A stretch of 64,000 nt of DNA from Eledone cirrhosa (GCA_964016885.1 OZ024740.1:235042001-235106000), one strand, 5' to 3'; counted from the first letter of the stretch, positions 12,480-28,553 are shown. Made by a program: numbers and translations. The notes: generated by a model not told the origin, from the letters alone.

Positions 12480-12794
12480 CAGGGGTGTGCAACATATTCC
12501 ATTGGTGGGCTACTTTTGAACATTGGAACAACTATTAGGGCCATTAATATTTATTAAGTACTATTCCAAAAATTCACCACAACTTCTTTCCATAACATGG
12601 AACTGGGAAATTATAACACACATAACCCTATCAGTGAAGCCCTTTAGTATAGGTCCACTAACAGAAAATTATGTTACGGTTACGAAAAAAATCAAAAGTC
12701 TACAAGGTAAAAATTAAAAACAGTCATCACGAGTCACTCAGACTGGTCCTGTAGGCCAGATTGTGAACCGCAGTCCGCCTGTTCCACGCCTCTG
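12480..12794. mobile_element. hAT-type MITE
   Basis: TIRs CAGGGGTGTGCAAC / GTTCCACGCCTCTG; perfect 8-bp TSD GTGTAACA. Confidence 0.85.
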
Positions 12795-13208
12795 GTGTAA
12801 CACATGTAGGGATTGATAAAATAAAATACCAGTAACGCACTGCGGTCGACTTAATCAAGGTTCCCCTTTCCCTAGAAATTGCTGGCCTTGTGCAAAAAAA
12901 AAGCAAAAAAAAAAAAAAAAAAAAAAATGATTACATTTGGGTGGAAATAATATTTAGAATATTGGAGCAAATCAATCATAAGGATAGTTTTTGAAGTACA
13001 AATAAACAACTCTCTGTAGCCTTCAAAATTCATTGTTATTCATAACTGCAGTAGATATTTGATATTTTTATGAACAACTGTTACATACATATACGTCAGA
13101 GATGCTAACTAATCCTAGTCTCTAGGTCCTGTGTACTAACACGTGAATTATCGGAAGCCAAACTGGAATATAGAGTAACATCAGAGAAAAATAAGAAAAC
13201 TACAATAA

Positions 13209-13389
13209 TTGTTTCTACTTTAGGCACAAGGCCAGCAATTACCCAGTGCATTACTGGTACTTTATTTTATCGACCCCGTAAGGATGAAAGGCAAAGTCAA
13301 CCTCGGCGGGATTTGAACTCAGATCGTAAAGGGACGTAACTATGCTGGAAAGCATGGCGTCCGACTCTCTACCGATACTGCCAATCCAC
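13209..13389 (-). mobile_element. tRNA-derived SINE, family A
   Basis: Near full-length copy; TSD AAAACTACAATAAT. Confidence 0.92.
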
Positions 13390-13568
13390 AAAACTACAAT
13401 AATGACTAACTCCGTATGTTTATTAGATGTGTGTGTTTGTGTGTGCGTGTGTGTGTGCGTGTGTGTGTGCGTGTGTGTGTGCGGTGTCACTGGGTTGTTT
13501 TGGAGTAAACAGTGTAGCACCCCCAGTTCTCTTCACTTTCTTATCTACCTGCTCTTATCTCATCTTAA

Positions 13569-13768
<200 letters not shown>

Positions 13769-14091
13769 TATATATATTTATAGCAACCACATTTTGAGAG
13801 AACGAAATAGTTTATACAAAGCCGTCTTCAAAACCCAAGAATCACGTGCTGGTGCATGCGAACTTATCTGGGGAAATTACGGAAGGTTTCTCCCTTGTCT
13901 CACATTCTCTCTCTTTTGTTTCCACTCCTACCCCTTTCACACACACAAATACACACATAGATCGGTATTTGTGAGTATTTTGTATAAAGTTACACTGTTA
14001 TAATCTCGGGCATGTGTAAATAGATACAGTCGCGATGTATGCATGTATTTATATATGAATGGATACATATATCTATGTACGTGTATATTTA

Positions 14092-14117
14092 TCTATACGT
14101 ATAAAACTGAGGATGTC

Positions 14118-14165
<48 letters not shown>

Positions 14166-15734
14166 TTTGAATCCCTAAAACTCGAGAAGTACCCAACCGA
14201 TTGTTTTCAAACTATACACATGTAATACTTATGTTTCAGGGAGTGTTCTGGGCAAAAAAAAATTCAGATTTTCAATGCCCTAGGGATCTCATTAGGCGAT
14301 TTAGTGATCTCTCTCTATAATTCTTAGTCTTTCTCTTTTTAGATAGATACATACATATAACCTCGCGCCCTTATAATTGTTTCTACTTTAGGCACAAGGC
14401 CAGCAATTACCCAGTGCATTACTGGTCTGTCTGTATGTCTGGCTGTCAGCATTACGTCACTTCCCACAATTCCCTCTTCGTCCAGAACGCGCCCTTATAA
14501 TATCTGTCTGTATGTCTGGCTGTCTGCATCGCACTCGGCGCGTCAACGTATGGCTGTTAAACGGACCACGAGCGCATTCTGATTCATTCTAAAGGCTACC
14601 AGTGGAAGCAACCGTAACACCCTCCAAATGTCAGAGAACGCAGTCAAAGTCACTATTAAGGGCTACAAGTGAACGCTCACATGGCCCTTTTTAGGGCCAC
14701 CACTTGAAATTGTTGATGGTTACCCCTCGTTACTGGAGTGTCAGTGAACGGCTTACAAGGCCCTTTTAAGGGCCCTTGAAATAACTGATGGCGACCCTTT
14801 CGTTTAGGGCTGCCAGTGAACACGCACACGCCTCGGGGCCCATTTTATTGCACCATTCCTCTTTAAATTTGTTAAATTATACCCACAGTTTGGTAAACGT
14901 TTGTCCAGTTGCGTTTACTTACTAAGATGCGGTGGACTCCTTCGAGAAGGCTCCACATGCTGTCCGATTGCACGTCATGCCTTGCTCAAGCATTGCAGAC
15001 GTCCCTCTGATATATGTGGTGACATCTGTCCTGCTGACTCATGCCACTTTATTAAAGTACAAAAGCACCAAGCCGATTTTCTCCACGTGGAAGGAGAAGT
15101 ATACCTAATACTAATTGCATCAGAGTATTCGGTTTATTTTCTTTACATATTGTCCAGGCATGCAGCTTTTCCACGATTAGGTCTGTTGGCGGCCCGCGTT
15201 ATGTTTCAGGGAGTGTTATGCACATAAAAAATTCAACTTTTTGATCTCCTAGGGCCCGCATTAGGTGAAAAACTGCGTTTTTTTTTCAGCTTTTTAGGGG
15301 TATTTTGAGGCGTTACGTCAGACCGATTTCCTTGAAATTGTAACTATGTATTAGTCAGTCTCTTCTTCATACCGTGAGCAAAGAAATTCCAACTTTTTTA
15401 TGGCATAGGGCCCGCATTAGGTGAAAAACTTGATTTATTCAGCTTTTTAGGGCTTTTTTTAGGCGTTACGTCTAGCCGATTTTCCCTAAATTTCAAGGCA
15501 TATTATGCACATAAAAATAATTCATTTTGTTGATCCCCTAGGGCCCGCATTAGGTGAAAACCTGCCTTTTTTCCTGCTTCATCGAGGAAAATCTTAAAGA
15601 TTATCCAGCCATCAGAGTATTCGGTTTATTTTCTTTACATATTGTCCAGGCATGCAGTTTTTCCACGATTAGGTCTGTTGGCGGCCCGCGTTCCAAAATA
15701 CCTTATCCCGTGCAACGCCGGGTACCACTGATAG
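14092..15734 (+). mobile_element. non-autonomous Helitron-like element
   Basis: 5' TCTATA...AAAACTGAGG.TGTCTGTCTG shared with 41983 array; 3' hairpin CCCGTGCAACGCCGGG followed by degenerate CTAG (ATAG); internal direct repeats. Confidence 0.7.
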
Positions 15735-15849
<115 letters not shown>

Positions 15850-16036
15850 TATGACAGTCGGTCGACTTTCGTCAAATCGGACCGAGGAAACAATGTTTCC
15901 ATTGGTCTTTCCAATTGCTAATACTAGCTATCGGTCGCAACTCCTGGTAAAAGGAGCAACGAGAAATAAAGTGTCTTGCCCAAGGACACAACGCATCACC
16001 CGGTTCGGGAATCGAACGCACAACCTCACGATTGCG
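15850..16036 (-). mobile_element. tRNA-derived SINE fragment with CORE-like block
   Basis: Minus strand GTTCGATTCCCG B box then TTGTGTCCTTGGGCAAGACACTTTAT. Confidence 0.6.
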
Positions 16037-16571
16037 AATCCAGATGGCGTGAAAATAATAGATTTAGTTAAGTCTTCTTCTTATCGTGTTCACAAGAGTG
16101 TCGGTCACAGAACCTTAGCTAGATGTGCTTCCGCCACAGCTGAACACATTGCTGTCCTTTCTCATTAAACTAAGCCAAGTCCAATGCTATGTTGGGGTGT
16201 TCCAGCAGGGGGCATATCAGGACTGCTGCGTAGTTTGTAGTTCGATGCCGCTGTCCCACACAACATCCCCATCCTTTAAACATCTCCATACTTTAAATAT
16301 CTCCATCCTTTAAATATCCCCATTTTGGAAGATTGACTTTTGCACGTCCAACACAAGACTGTTGAAGCCTTTTCACGCAGCATAGTTTGTATCCGCTCCG
16401 GGGGCCAGTGCCTCGCTCGCCTTTAGCTCCATTGTTAGCTAAGTAATCTTTACTGAGGCACATCAAAAACAAAAAAAAACAAACAATTTAATGATACGGA
16501 GGCAGCCGAATTAGCGTTATGCATGTGTGGATGTAGATGTATGTATATATCTATATATCTATATATATTAT

Positions 16572-16992
16572 AAAGAGTCGGGACCCCGACGGCTGAGCTC
16601 TTGCATTTCAACAGCTAGTTCCAGACTTATTGTCAAAGACATTGGGAGTTAACTGGCTGAATGATCAGGAGGGGTTGTTTGTCCAAATAAGGGCATACAT
16701 TGTTTATCCAATTGTAAAATCTCTTCATATACAAGTGTGCTTGTTTATTCCCATGTTGCTTGTTTATTCCCATCTTTGCGTTGCTTTCTTCCTTCTATGT
16801 TGTTTACTTGTCTCACTCGCTTTACGCGATTTACTTGTCCCAATAGCTTTTTTTAGTTATTGCTCGCACCAACCTGAGGTATATGATTTTTAATGCGATG
16901 AAATATCAATGATGGTTGGCAAATCACTGACGAAGGACTAATTTTATCATATGTAACCCATGTGCAACCACGCAGTATTCTTCTTTCTTCTC

Positions 16993-16995
<3 letters not shown>
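16572..16995 (+). mobile_element. (TA)n-embedded non-coding element with hammerhead-like remnants
   Basis: Left end resembles arm of 23274 foldback (GGACCCCGACGGCTGAGCTC); 16830-16975 is homologous to reverse complement of 55425-55600 (CCAAC-CTGAGGT...GAAA...GGTTGG...CTGAYGAAGGACT). Confidence 0.5.
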
Positions 16996-17083
<88 letters not shown>

Positions 17084-17975
17084 ACACGTGTGCGTTTGTG
17101 TGTGTGTGTGAGTGCATTATACAGCTTTTATCAGAAAATCTAAGATAATTTAATGTGGGTATAACTACAGTTTTATATTATGTGCTAAACAATTCATATC
17201 AAGCACAAAAAAGAACTTGATTGAAATAGCGGCTCTAATTCACATAATGAGTATGAGTATTGGTTTGCGACGCCTTTCATATGATATTAAATGTTTATGG
17301 ACGACACAGTGTATGCTAGAAAATCTAAGATAAATTTAAACAAGGTATTAATGGTGATGATGACATTTCGTTAATCATCACCTTCACAGCACTGTGTGGA
17401 CAGGTGGTTAGAGCCGAGGAGACATGAAATGGTTAATAGTTGCGAGGAATCTATATGGACATACAAATCCTGAGGATCTTTGACAACAACATACAGCTAT
17501 TCCACAGTTGTATCCCTACTATGAGTCCGGTGAGGCAGGACAGAATGCATAACTATTACATACGTGAGAGTAAAAGCCGCTTGAAGACTTTTTATGCTCT
17601 TCTTTATGAATGGGTGCTATGAACGAAATTTATGTGACCAAGGCCTCCAGAGAGGGCCTCTGAGAAAAATATTGCAAGGGGAGTCAAAACTGATTTAGGG
17701 TCTTCGGAAAGAGGGCCTTATATTATAACTCAAGAATGCAGAAAGTTTATTTTGTTTTGTATTTTTAGGTGGTGAGGGGGATTTCAAATATAAATGGACT
17801 CTCTTCTTGGTTCTCTCTTGGTTCTCTGGCTGACCACATCTTTTATAGGTTCTGAGCATAATCTAGTATTGCCTATTCGTTCGACTATTTTCATTCTTAA
17901 TTCCAGGCTGCTGTGTTTGTTGATGTGACCCCTAGAAGGAGGGGACCGTGAATATCTGGACGGCAACATAACACA

Positions 17976-18470
17976 CCACAACAAATAATCCTACCACCAA
18001 CACAACACCACCACCAACACAACACCACCAACACAACACCACCACCAACACACCACCACCAACACAACACCACCACCAACACACCACCACCCACACAACA
18101 CCTCCAACACAACACCTCCAACACAACCCCACCAACACAACACCACCACCAACACAACAGCACACCAATACAACACCACCACCAACACATCACCACCAAC
18201 ACAACACCACCAACACAACACCACCAACACAACACCACCACCAACACACCACCACCAACACAACACCACCACCAACACACCACCACCCACACAACACCTC
18301 CAACACAACACCTCCAACACAACCCCACCAACACAACACCACCACCAACACAACAGCACACCAATACAACACCACCACCAACACATCACCACCAACACAA
18401 CACCACCAACACAACACCACCAACACAACACCACCAACAACAGCAACACCAACAACACAACATCACCACC
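17976..18470. repeat. C/A-only compound microsatellite with ~198-bp higher-order duplication
   Basis: CCAACACAACACCA-type units; marker CACACCAATACAAC recurs at ~18161 and ~18358. Confidence 0.85.
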
Positions 18471-18879
18471 AAACAGTGCCAGATTTAGGACAAATTTGGC
18501 CCTGTGCTAATTATGTTATGGGGTTCCTTACTTATGCCCTGCATGAGGTAGGCCCACACAGGTAGATTGGCCCCCTGGCCAACGGGACCCTGTAAATCAC
18601 AATGGTAATCCTGACACTGCCACCAACAACTACATACACACCACAACATTCAACCACTACCATCATATCCCCACCAACACAACATATCACTACTCCCACC
18701 ATCACTATTACCACTAACTTCACAACCAGTCACCATATCACCATGATTAACCACAAGAACACACCATCATCATCCAGGGGCGGATTAAGCTTGAATTTGG
18801 TCACGTGTCTGAATATATCATCGGGGCCTTTGCGTATTATTGATGGTCACAAGGAAACCAATTTGGGGAACTTCAGAAG

Positions 18880-19240
18880 CTCTCTACATTCCAGAACCAC
18901 ATCATGAGACTTATGACTGGCAAGCGGCTCAGCGACCGTATTTTGTATCAGTGAGCTGCTCAACATTACCAGACTTCGCCAATTACATCAATTGTCAAGT
19001 CAAGAGTACTCAAACTATACGGCTATGTAAAAAGATCAACTCGTGGCGTGAGTAGGTTATGCTTGGAAGGAAGGTTTGCTAGTAAGAAAAGCAGGGGTCG
19101 GCAGCCAAAACGATGGCTTGACAGTGTCAACGTATGGACTGGACTTGATCTTTGCTCTTTCAACTCTGCTGCTGGTGATCGAACTTTGTGGAGAGAGATA
19201 TCTCATGTTGATGTGCAGTCTGCAACTGGCGGAGTTTAGC
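18880..19240 (+). mobile_element. old RTE-clade LINE 3' fragment
   Basis: LEGRFASKKSRGRQPKRWLDSV...AAGDRTLWR is the typical RTE ORF C-terminus. Confidence 0.7.
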
Positions 19241-19805
19241 GTCAAAATATTGTGTGTTGGAAAGGATGGCTAGCTACAGCCCAGTCAGTTAGGGGATAGA
19301 GGGGATACCGTGACACCGCCATCGTCACTTCCCTACTATCGCTACACCTGCCAGCATAAAACCGTCACACCACCATCACCACCTCCACCAGCACAACAAC
19401 ACCGTCACGCCACCATCACCACCTCCACCACCATCAATACAACTACCAGTTCAACAACCCAACCACAACCATCACTCTATTATGATAGCAATGACGTTAA
19501 CGGCGTGTTAAGTTGTTTCAATGATAAATAACGCCATCGGACCCTCCCCCACTTGACACAAACAGATGTCTATATTTCTGCTGTTATTGCATAACTAACA
19601 ATGCAACAATACACCAACACGGAGCATGTTTGGGTCACTTCACCTGCTAGAAATAGCAACCAAATCTCCGACAAAACGCATCCTATCGTCTTAAAGGAAG
19701 AGTTTCTATCCTTATCAGCTATCACCTGGGATCCTTGGGCCATGCAGTTTCGTCCACACACACACACACACACACACGCACATGATATACATACATATAT
19801 GTATA

Positions 19806-19853
<48 letters not shown>

Positions 19854-21398
19854 GACGGCGCCCTTACGATCCCATCAAGAGTCAAGGAGCCTTTACTATT
19901 TTTTACCCTGGAACGTTTTTGGTCATAGCCTCTAAATAAAAGCGTTCCATCCATGAATATCCCTATGAATTGTGTGTCTGATCAGTTAGAGAATTCGATT
20001 GCCCTGGGACTAAACAACAATAACAACAGTAACAACAACAGCAGCAAGAGTAACGTTGACGAATAGGAATTCTTAGAGCAGACTTTGGACCGAGTGACTT
20101 GCGCAGTGACCTAACAACAGACTAACACCTCTTGTAGAACTGTGATCAATCAGTCTTTCATACCATTCCTCATCTGCTGTCAAAGGCTGGGACAGATCTG
20201 CGTTCTCATCACATTGTAGGTTGTTTTCGCTCTGTCGCTTTGAAATGACGTCATAAAGAGGAGCTTCGACGCAGCTGGTTTCCTGTCACAAATGTAATCC
20301 GTGACCCCGACCATAGTGATTGTAAACACCCAGATTAACCTAGTAATATGAGTAGCATTTACTAGGGGGCTCCAGAACAAAGTGCTTTATACAATAATAC
20401 TGTACTACGCTTAACTTTTATATCACTTTTTTTATTTAGGAACCCTTTATAGCATATAGAACAGGTACCGCACTAACCTAATCCGACACTCACTGACCAG
20501 GCAAGATGGCCGTTTGCCTGTTTAAGGCGGCTAATTCACTCATCTGGAACCTCTCATGTTGATACTTTCTCCGGTGCCAATCTCAACGCCTCAGCCATAA
20601 ACCCTGACAGATGACTAAATACCAGGCATTCACAGGCAGTTTCTTTTTTGTGTTAGTCACCATCGAAACATCCTGTGTCCAGAATGCCCCCAGAATGCCG
20701 TTTTCCTCCAAGGAATTACACCAAACAGGCTCCAAATTGTAATGGCCATGAACGGTATTATTTTTCATAGAAAAAATGATAATAATGGTTTCTAATTTAG
20801 GCACAAGGCCAGCAATTTTGGGATGGGAAGGAAAGTCGATTATACCGATTCCAGTAATTGACTCCGCTAGGACGAAAGGCAAAACTGGCAGAGGTGTGGT
20901 TAAGAATAATGATGACTTTGGAGAAAGTCGATTATATCGATCCCAAAACTTAACTGGTACTTTATTTTATCGACCCCTAAAACGTGTTCATAGTTTCAAC
21001 AAAGATATAAAGGCAAGTATTAGTCAGAGCATGTTAAGAAAATGTAAGCAGTGAGTAAATTCCAAAGATTTAATATATCTCTGTGGGGAATTTTATATTT
21101 ACAATAAACTAATATATCAAATGAGATGTCAATTGACATGATAACATGCAGTGGCAATGTATGAAGCACTTGATTACGTCGTATCTTTCAATAATATAAT
21201 ACTGTCGTTTAGAAGTCACATGGTGCTATTCTTCGTTATTTGTTGTTTATGGGTGTACTTCTCTGTTTAGTTTATTTCCATTAGCACTTGAGTTATCTAA
21301 ATCTCACAATGTATACAACTTTCACCACATATCTCTTATCTATATGTGTAATTAGGTTATGGAAACGATGCTGCATAACCAGCAATTGGTTCTGGTGT

Positions 21399-21655
21399 TA
21401 ACCATTTTGAAACTAAATTTCCCCTAACCACCACCAGTTTTATGATACGAAGCTGTTTATTTTAAAGTGTTCAAATTTCTCTTTAAAAACCCCCTCCGTC
21501 ATATTAGAATCTTGTTAGTTGTGCTCATAATATCAGCTTAATAATGAGAAAGTTATTTATATTGTTAATTACCTCCAAATGTTTTATTATTTTCTAAATG
21601 ACTTGAAAATTATAGCCAGTGTCTTTCATTAAAAATATGGTAACGAAATGATTAA
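21399..21655. mobile_element. piggyBac-type MITE (decayed)
   Basis: TTAA at both ends with imperfect TIRs TTAACCATTTTGAAAC / GGTAACGAAATGATTAA. Confidence 0.4.
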
Positions 21656-22025
21656 TATTACTGTGCTGTGAAGCGGACATTCATTGCATGTGGTCTTTTT
21701 CTTTTTGTTTTTAGTATCGTACCTTCTTTGGAGGAAATAGTTTTAATTTTAGCAAATACTCTACGTTAGCAGAGAGCCTTATTTGGAAGGAAGCTTATCA
21801 CATATCTTTGGCTTCTCTAGTATATACTTTCTTTGGCAGGGCCCTCTTTAATAGCAGTCCTTCTTTGGCAGAAATTTTTAGTTTACAGCAATCCTTCTGC
21901 AGTCTTGGTCTTGAGAAGGAGGTCTATCTTCGCCAGAAGTCTTTCTACGGGGGTCCTATTTAGCAGGGACATTTTTTGTCAAATACCATCTTGTATATAT
22001 GTATATGATAGGTGGACTCCCGATG

Positions 22026-22198
22026 TATATCGGGAGGTGCCCACAGTTAAAAAAGGGTACTCAAGACGTTAGTAGAGTTTTGGCATCTTTATTTTTTAAT
22101 AGAAATAACGTCTACAAGACTAGAACTGTTTCATTCGTAAGAAATCATCAAGAAAGTGCTGATGATTTCTTACGAATGAAACAGTTTTAGTCTTGTAA
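22026..22198. mobile_element. hammerhead-containing foldback element
   Basis: Palindrome 22113-22197 with CTGATGA-TTTC-TTAC-GAAT-GAAAC-AGTTTTA-GTC on plus strand and its mirror on minus; terminal motif GTACTCAAGAC; same family as 30871. Confidence 0.7.
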
Positions 22199-22818
22199 TT
22201 CGATGACAAAAGTCCCTACTGGGATTGTTTAAAATCTAAAAATAGTAAGCAAGGGAACCAACTCCAACAATATCAACTAATCCAACGACAATTCTAAACT
22301 TAAATAGATTGGCGTGTTTCTGTTCATGTGTGGATGTTTAATGACGATCGTAAAATATTGATTGACACTAAATTTGCTGTTTTTTTAATACATTTTAAAT
22401 GAAATTCTTTGTGAATTACGCTGTTTCCGTGATATAGTATATGTTTCGTCGCTATGAATGTGTCTTTGGTGGAAATAGTATATGACATAATTATTGTCTG
22501 GCTGCAGTGTGAACCGCAAACTAAAGTCTAAACCTTTATATAAGTCTGTAGTAATTTCGGGAATGTAATGTAATTAACATCCGTCAGTTTCGACGATGAG
22601 TATTCTAGTCGTTCGATCAATAGACTGCTCGTGAAATTCACGCGAAAGTGGCTAAGCATTCCAGAGACAAGTGTGCCATTAACGTAATTCTCGAAGAGAT
22701 TCAGTGTGGCACAGCGTGTACCAAGGTTTGCCCCTTTAGTTACATGCACATTCCATCCGACAAGTTTCCAAACAGTTTTCGTCTATTCAATTTCACTTAC
22801 AGAGCATGGATAACAAAA

Positions 22819-22967
22819 ATTGATACTTGTCCTAAATTGATCGTGATAGTTATTTCCTAAATTGTTTAATTTGTTATCAGTTTTAATGAACGATTGATAT
22901 TTGTCCTAAATTGATCGTGATAGTTATTTCCTAAATTGTTTAATTTGTTATCAGTTTTAATGAACGA
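22819..22967. repeat. tandem duplication of ~74 bp
   Basis: ATTGATA(C/T)TTGTCCTAAATTGATCGTGATAG...TTTAATGAACG occurs twice head-to-tail. Confidence 0.9.
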
Positions 22968-23169
22968 TAAAGATAACATTTAAAAAAAGAATATGCTGAA
23001 AGAGGGCCGATTACAGAGTACATTAGTCATGATATTTACTAGAAGTTCGAGATTCATCAGTATTTATTTAAAACCTGTAGCAGAACATTTTTGTTAAAAT
23101 ATGCTCTTTTGGAAATATACTCGTACTGTTATATATTTCAAGGTAATAATATATATCTATATATATATA

Positions 23170-24046
<877 letters not shown>

Positions 24047-24051
<5 letters not shown>

Positions 24052-24312
24052 AACGAAAAATCAGTGATGCACAGCTCGAGACACAATCATTGTATGGATC
24101 TGTCTGATTCTAGAACTACAGGTTCGTCGGACAGATCCATACAATGATCGTTTCTCGAGCTGTCTGCCGGCGAAACATTTGTAACGCACAATAAATTGAG
24201 TCCAGATGCATCACTGATTTTTCGTTTTATATTATATCACACTCTGCTCTGTAAGAACATAGAGTGCTTAACTGGCATACCGCCTATGGAAGCATCATAG
24301 CTACCATTAAAC
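24047..24312. mobile_element. (TA)n-embedded nested hairpin element
   Basis: Outer arms TATAAAACGAAAAATCAGTGATGCA / TGCATCACTGATTTTTCGTTTTATA; inner arms CAGCTCGAGA...GGATCTGTC / GACAGATCC...TCTCGAGCTG; contains GGCGAAACATTTGTA half-hammerhead-like string. Confidence 0.7.
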
Positions 24313-25228
<916 letters not shown>

Positions 25229-25991
25229 GTGGTAGCTTAGTAAAATCGAAGCTTTGGCTGTGAGCAAGCAAAGTCGACCTACAATAGGAATGAGTTAGCA
25301 AAGCACTCAATAAGGGTAGGTCCTTAGAGTAATAACATACATTTAAATAGCTTGACAAATTGAACATTGCGGTAGGCAAAACCCAACCACACAATACCAA
25401 AGTAACGAAAGAACTAACAGGTTAAAAAAGATACACCTGGACAAATCAAACGATATACGTTTAAAGTGTTTCTGTGAATCCGAAATCAAATATCCAACTT
25501 ACGTAACAAGGATGCTCGTGGTATTCCATGATTGAACAGAGGATTCATTTCATCAACAGGAGTTCCGTTCTGTCCAAAAACGAGGTGGAATCTAAATGGT
25601 GCTGCTATCAGCAAGCTAATCGTATATTTAGATATCACGTGTTATTTCCAACAAGGGAAGCAACCCCCGGTTTTGGCGGGTAGATTCAAAGTGTTAAACA
25701 AAGGAAATATTATAATTTCCGCCAACATTCAATATATATATATAAACGAAAAACAATTCTTTGAAGGAGAAACCTTAAAAAATTATTGTTTGAAAATAAA
25801 AATGTAAAAGAACGACACAGAACTCCAGCGTCTTCAGCGTTGAGATGGACTTTGGCAGTTTCGACCCCTGCCAACGGTATTGCCAGTTCAACCGGGGTTG
25901 CAGCGTCTGACACAAGCCAAAGCGTTGTCCATGGAGTAAAAGACAAGAAAATACAATAACACATTAATTAAGCTTAACATGTACGCATAGA

Positions 25992-26039
<48 letters not shown>

Positions 26040-26044
26040 GTGTG

Positions 26045-26094
<50 letters not shown>

Positions 26095-26280
26095 CGCGTG
26101 TGTGTGCGTGTGTGTGTGTGTGTGTGTGAGAAAAATATGAAGTTTCGTTTACATGATTTTTTTTATTGAGTCTCGACCTGTTACGTGCATTTCGCAGATG
26201 ATTGGGTCAAGGTCATCTAGGGAAGCTGTGGACCCGACTCCAGTATCGATCTGCTCATCAGACTGGTGATAGTGTTAGTG

Positions 26281-26563
26281 TGAATGCGTGTGGTTTAGTG
26301 TTTAGGAAAGGTGTTGTAAGGTGACGGGTTCGATTCCCGGTGGCGAGAGACGCTCCGGTCCACTCACTTGGCAAAAATGAGTTGTATCTGTAATTCAAAG
26401 GCGTCAATCTTGTCATATCCTATATCACGCTGAATCTCCCTGAGAACTACGATAAGGATGCATGTGTCTTTGGAATGCTCAGTCACTTGCATGTTATTTT
26501 CCTGAGCAGTATTTCTGTTGATTGAATCAACTGGAAAACTCGTATTCGGAACTGGCGGAGTCC
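26281..26563 (+). mobile_element. tRNA-derived SINE, family B
   Basis: A box TGGTTTAGTG, B box GGTTCGATTCC; body and tail homologous to 22578-22740 (-), 32950-33130 (-), 33385-33558 (+), 58190-58465 (+). Confidence 0.7.
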
Positions 26564-26741
26564 ATCTCACACATGGTAGTGGTGGTAGTGGTGGTAGTGG
26601 TGGTAGTGGTGGTAGTGGTGGTAATGATGGTGATTACAGCTAGGGTAGTTGTGGTGGTAGTTGTGATGGTAGTGGTTTCAATGGTGTGGATGATGGTTGT
26701 TAGTGGTGGTTGTGGTGGTGGTGGTGGTGATGGTGGTAACG

Positions 26742-26950
26742 CTGGATTGGCAGTATCGATAGAGCGTCAGACACCATGCTTTGCAGTATAGAGTTATAGC
26801 CCTTTACGTTCTGAGTTCAAATCCCGCTGAGGTTAGCTTTGCCTTTCATCCTTACAGGATCGATAAAAATAAAGTAATTTACTGAGTCGATTTAATCAAC
26901 TTTCCCCTTCCACCAAATTGCTGGCCTTGTGCCTATAGTAAAAATCTCAT
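26742..26950 (+). mobile_element. tRNA-derived SINE, family A
   Basis: GGATTGGCAGTATCG head, GAGTTCAAATCCCG B box, TTGCTGGCCTTGTGCC tail. Confidence 0.85.
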
Positions 26951-27650
26951 TAATAACTGCATTCTTTCTTACAAGGGACTATGTTGAAAAATAAACCTCT
27001 TTTGGTCATTCCATGAGAGTATCTTGGTCAACGTATGAAATTTTCAGCCAACTTTTGTATTATCTCCATTCATTTAATCGTTGCCATTGAGTTCTGTCCC
27101 TGATTAACATTGAAACAATTTTAGGATTTGGTCTCTCTATACGGCATTCGCGGTCCCGGTTATTCGCTGAATTTTCCTCAGAACTTAATCAATAATTGTT
27201 CGTGGAAACCACCGCATATTCGTGGAATCGTAAATATTCGCGGTTTTTCATTTTCGTGGATGCTCGCGAGTACCGAGGAACAACTGTATACTATTATGGC
27301 GTCCTCAATTTCTCATTCCACTTGAGGCAGATTTTAGAGAGACCACAAGTTGAACATTAATGTGGGCGAACAGTCTGAGATAGTTGCTTTTAATTATATT
27401 AAAAACTGGTTTGTTCATGTATCATTTCTCGTAGGTGTAACATTGTAACTCTTATCAGTTACGTGTTTACAAGTAATAAATCTTATGGCACATATGTGAG
27501 TGTGTGTTGTATGTGTGTTGTATATGAGTGTGTTGTGTATGTGAAAAGTCAACAAGGAAAAACGACACAGGATAACAATACAGTGTAGTGATGATATAGT
27601 AGGAAAATCTAAACGTTTCAGACGTAATATATAAATATATATACATATAA

Positions 27651-27757
<107 letters not shown>

Positions 27758-27770
27758 CGTGCGCGCGCAT

Positions 27771-28553
27771 TAAAGTTTTGGCTCCGACATCGCTGTATAC
27801 ATACAAGTGTGTGAATTTTGTATATCTAATGATATACAAATAAACAAATGAAAAGTGGAAGTTCTTAATGTTTACGAATAAACATTTGGAAAAACCCTTT
27901 AGCTATGAATATTGAAGAGCTGACGGCTAGCGCTGTCTAGCGGATTCCAGCAGAAGCAGCAGGGGATAATTGCCAACTCGTTTCTGGCTTAGGTCGTCAT
28001 CAGGACAGTGCTCCCCCCCCCCCCCCCCCCCACCCTGATCTCTGCTGGAATTTGAAACAAGCGAAAATATATAGTTTTTTCACCTGTGTACATGGGAATA
28101 TACATTTACGAATGGAGCTGTCAGACCGACTCAGCCTGGAAGTAGAATTAAAGTTTTCGCTCCGACATAGCTGTATACATACAAGTACAGGAATGTTGTA
28201 TATCTAATGATATACGGTATGTTTACGAATAAACATTTGGAAAGCCCTTTAGCTACGAGTATTGTATACAGCTAAGTCGGAGCAAAAAATGTAATTCTTC
28301 TTTCAGGCTGAGCCGGCCCGACAGCTCCATATGCAAATGAGGTTAATCAGTCAATGTACACAGGCGAAAAAACTATATATTTTTGTCTGTTTCAAATTCC
28401 AGTTGAGAACAGGGTGGGGGAAGCACGGTCCTGATGCCGGCCTGATGATTGCGTTAGCAATTATTTCCTGCTGCTTCTGCTGGAATCCGCTAGACGGCGC
28501 TAACCGGTAACTTTTCAATATCCATAGCTAAAGGGCTTTCCAAATGTGTATTC

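Noticed and set aside
17897-18458. Cys/Trp/Val/Gly-rich ORFs
   Set aside because: Artefact of a C/A-only compound repeat.
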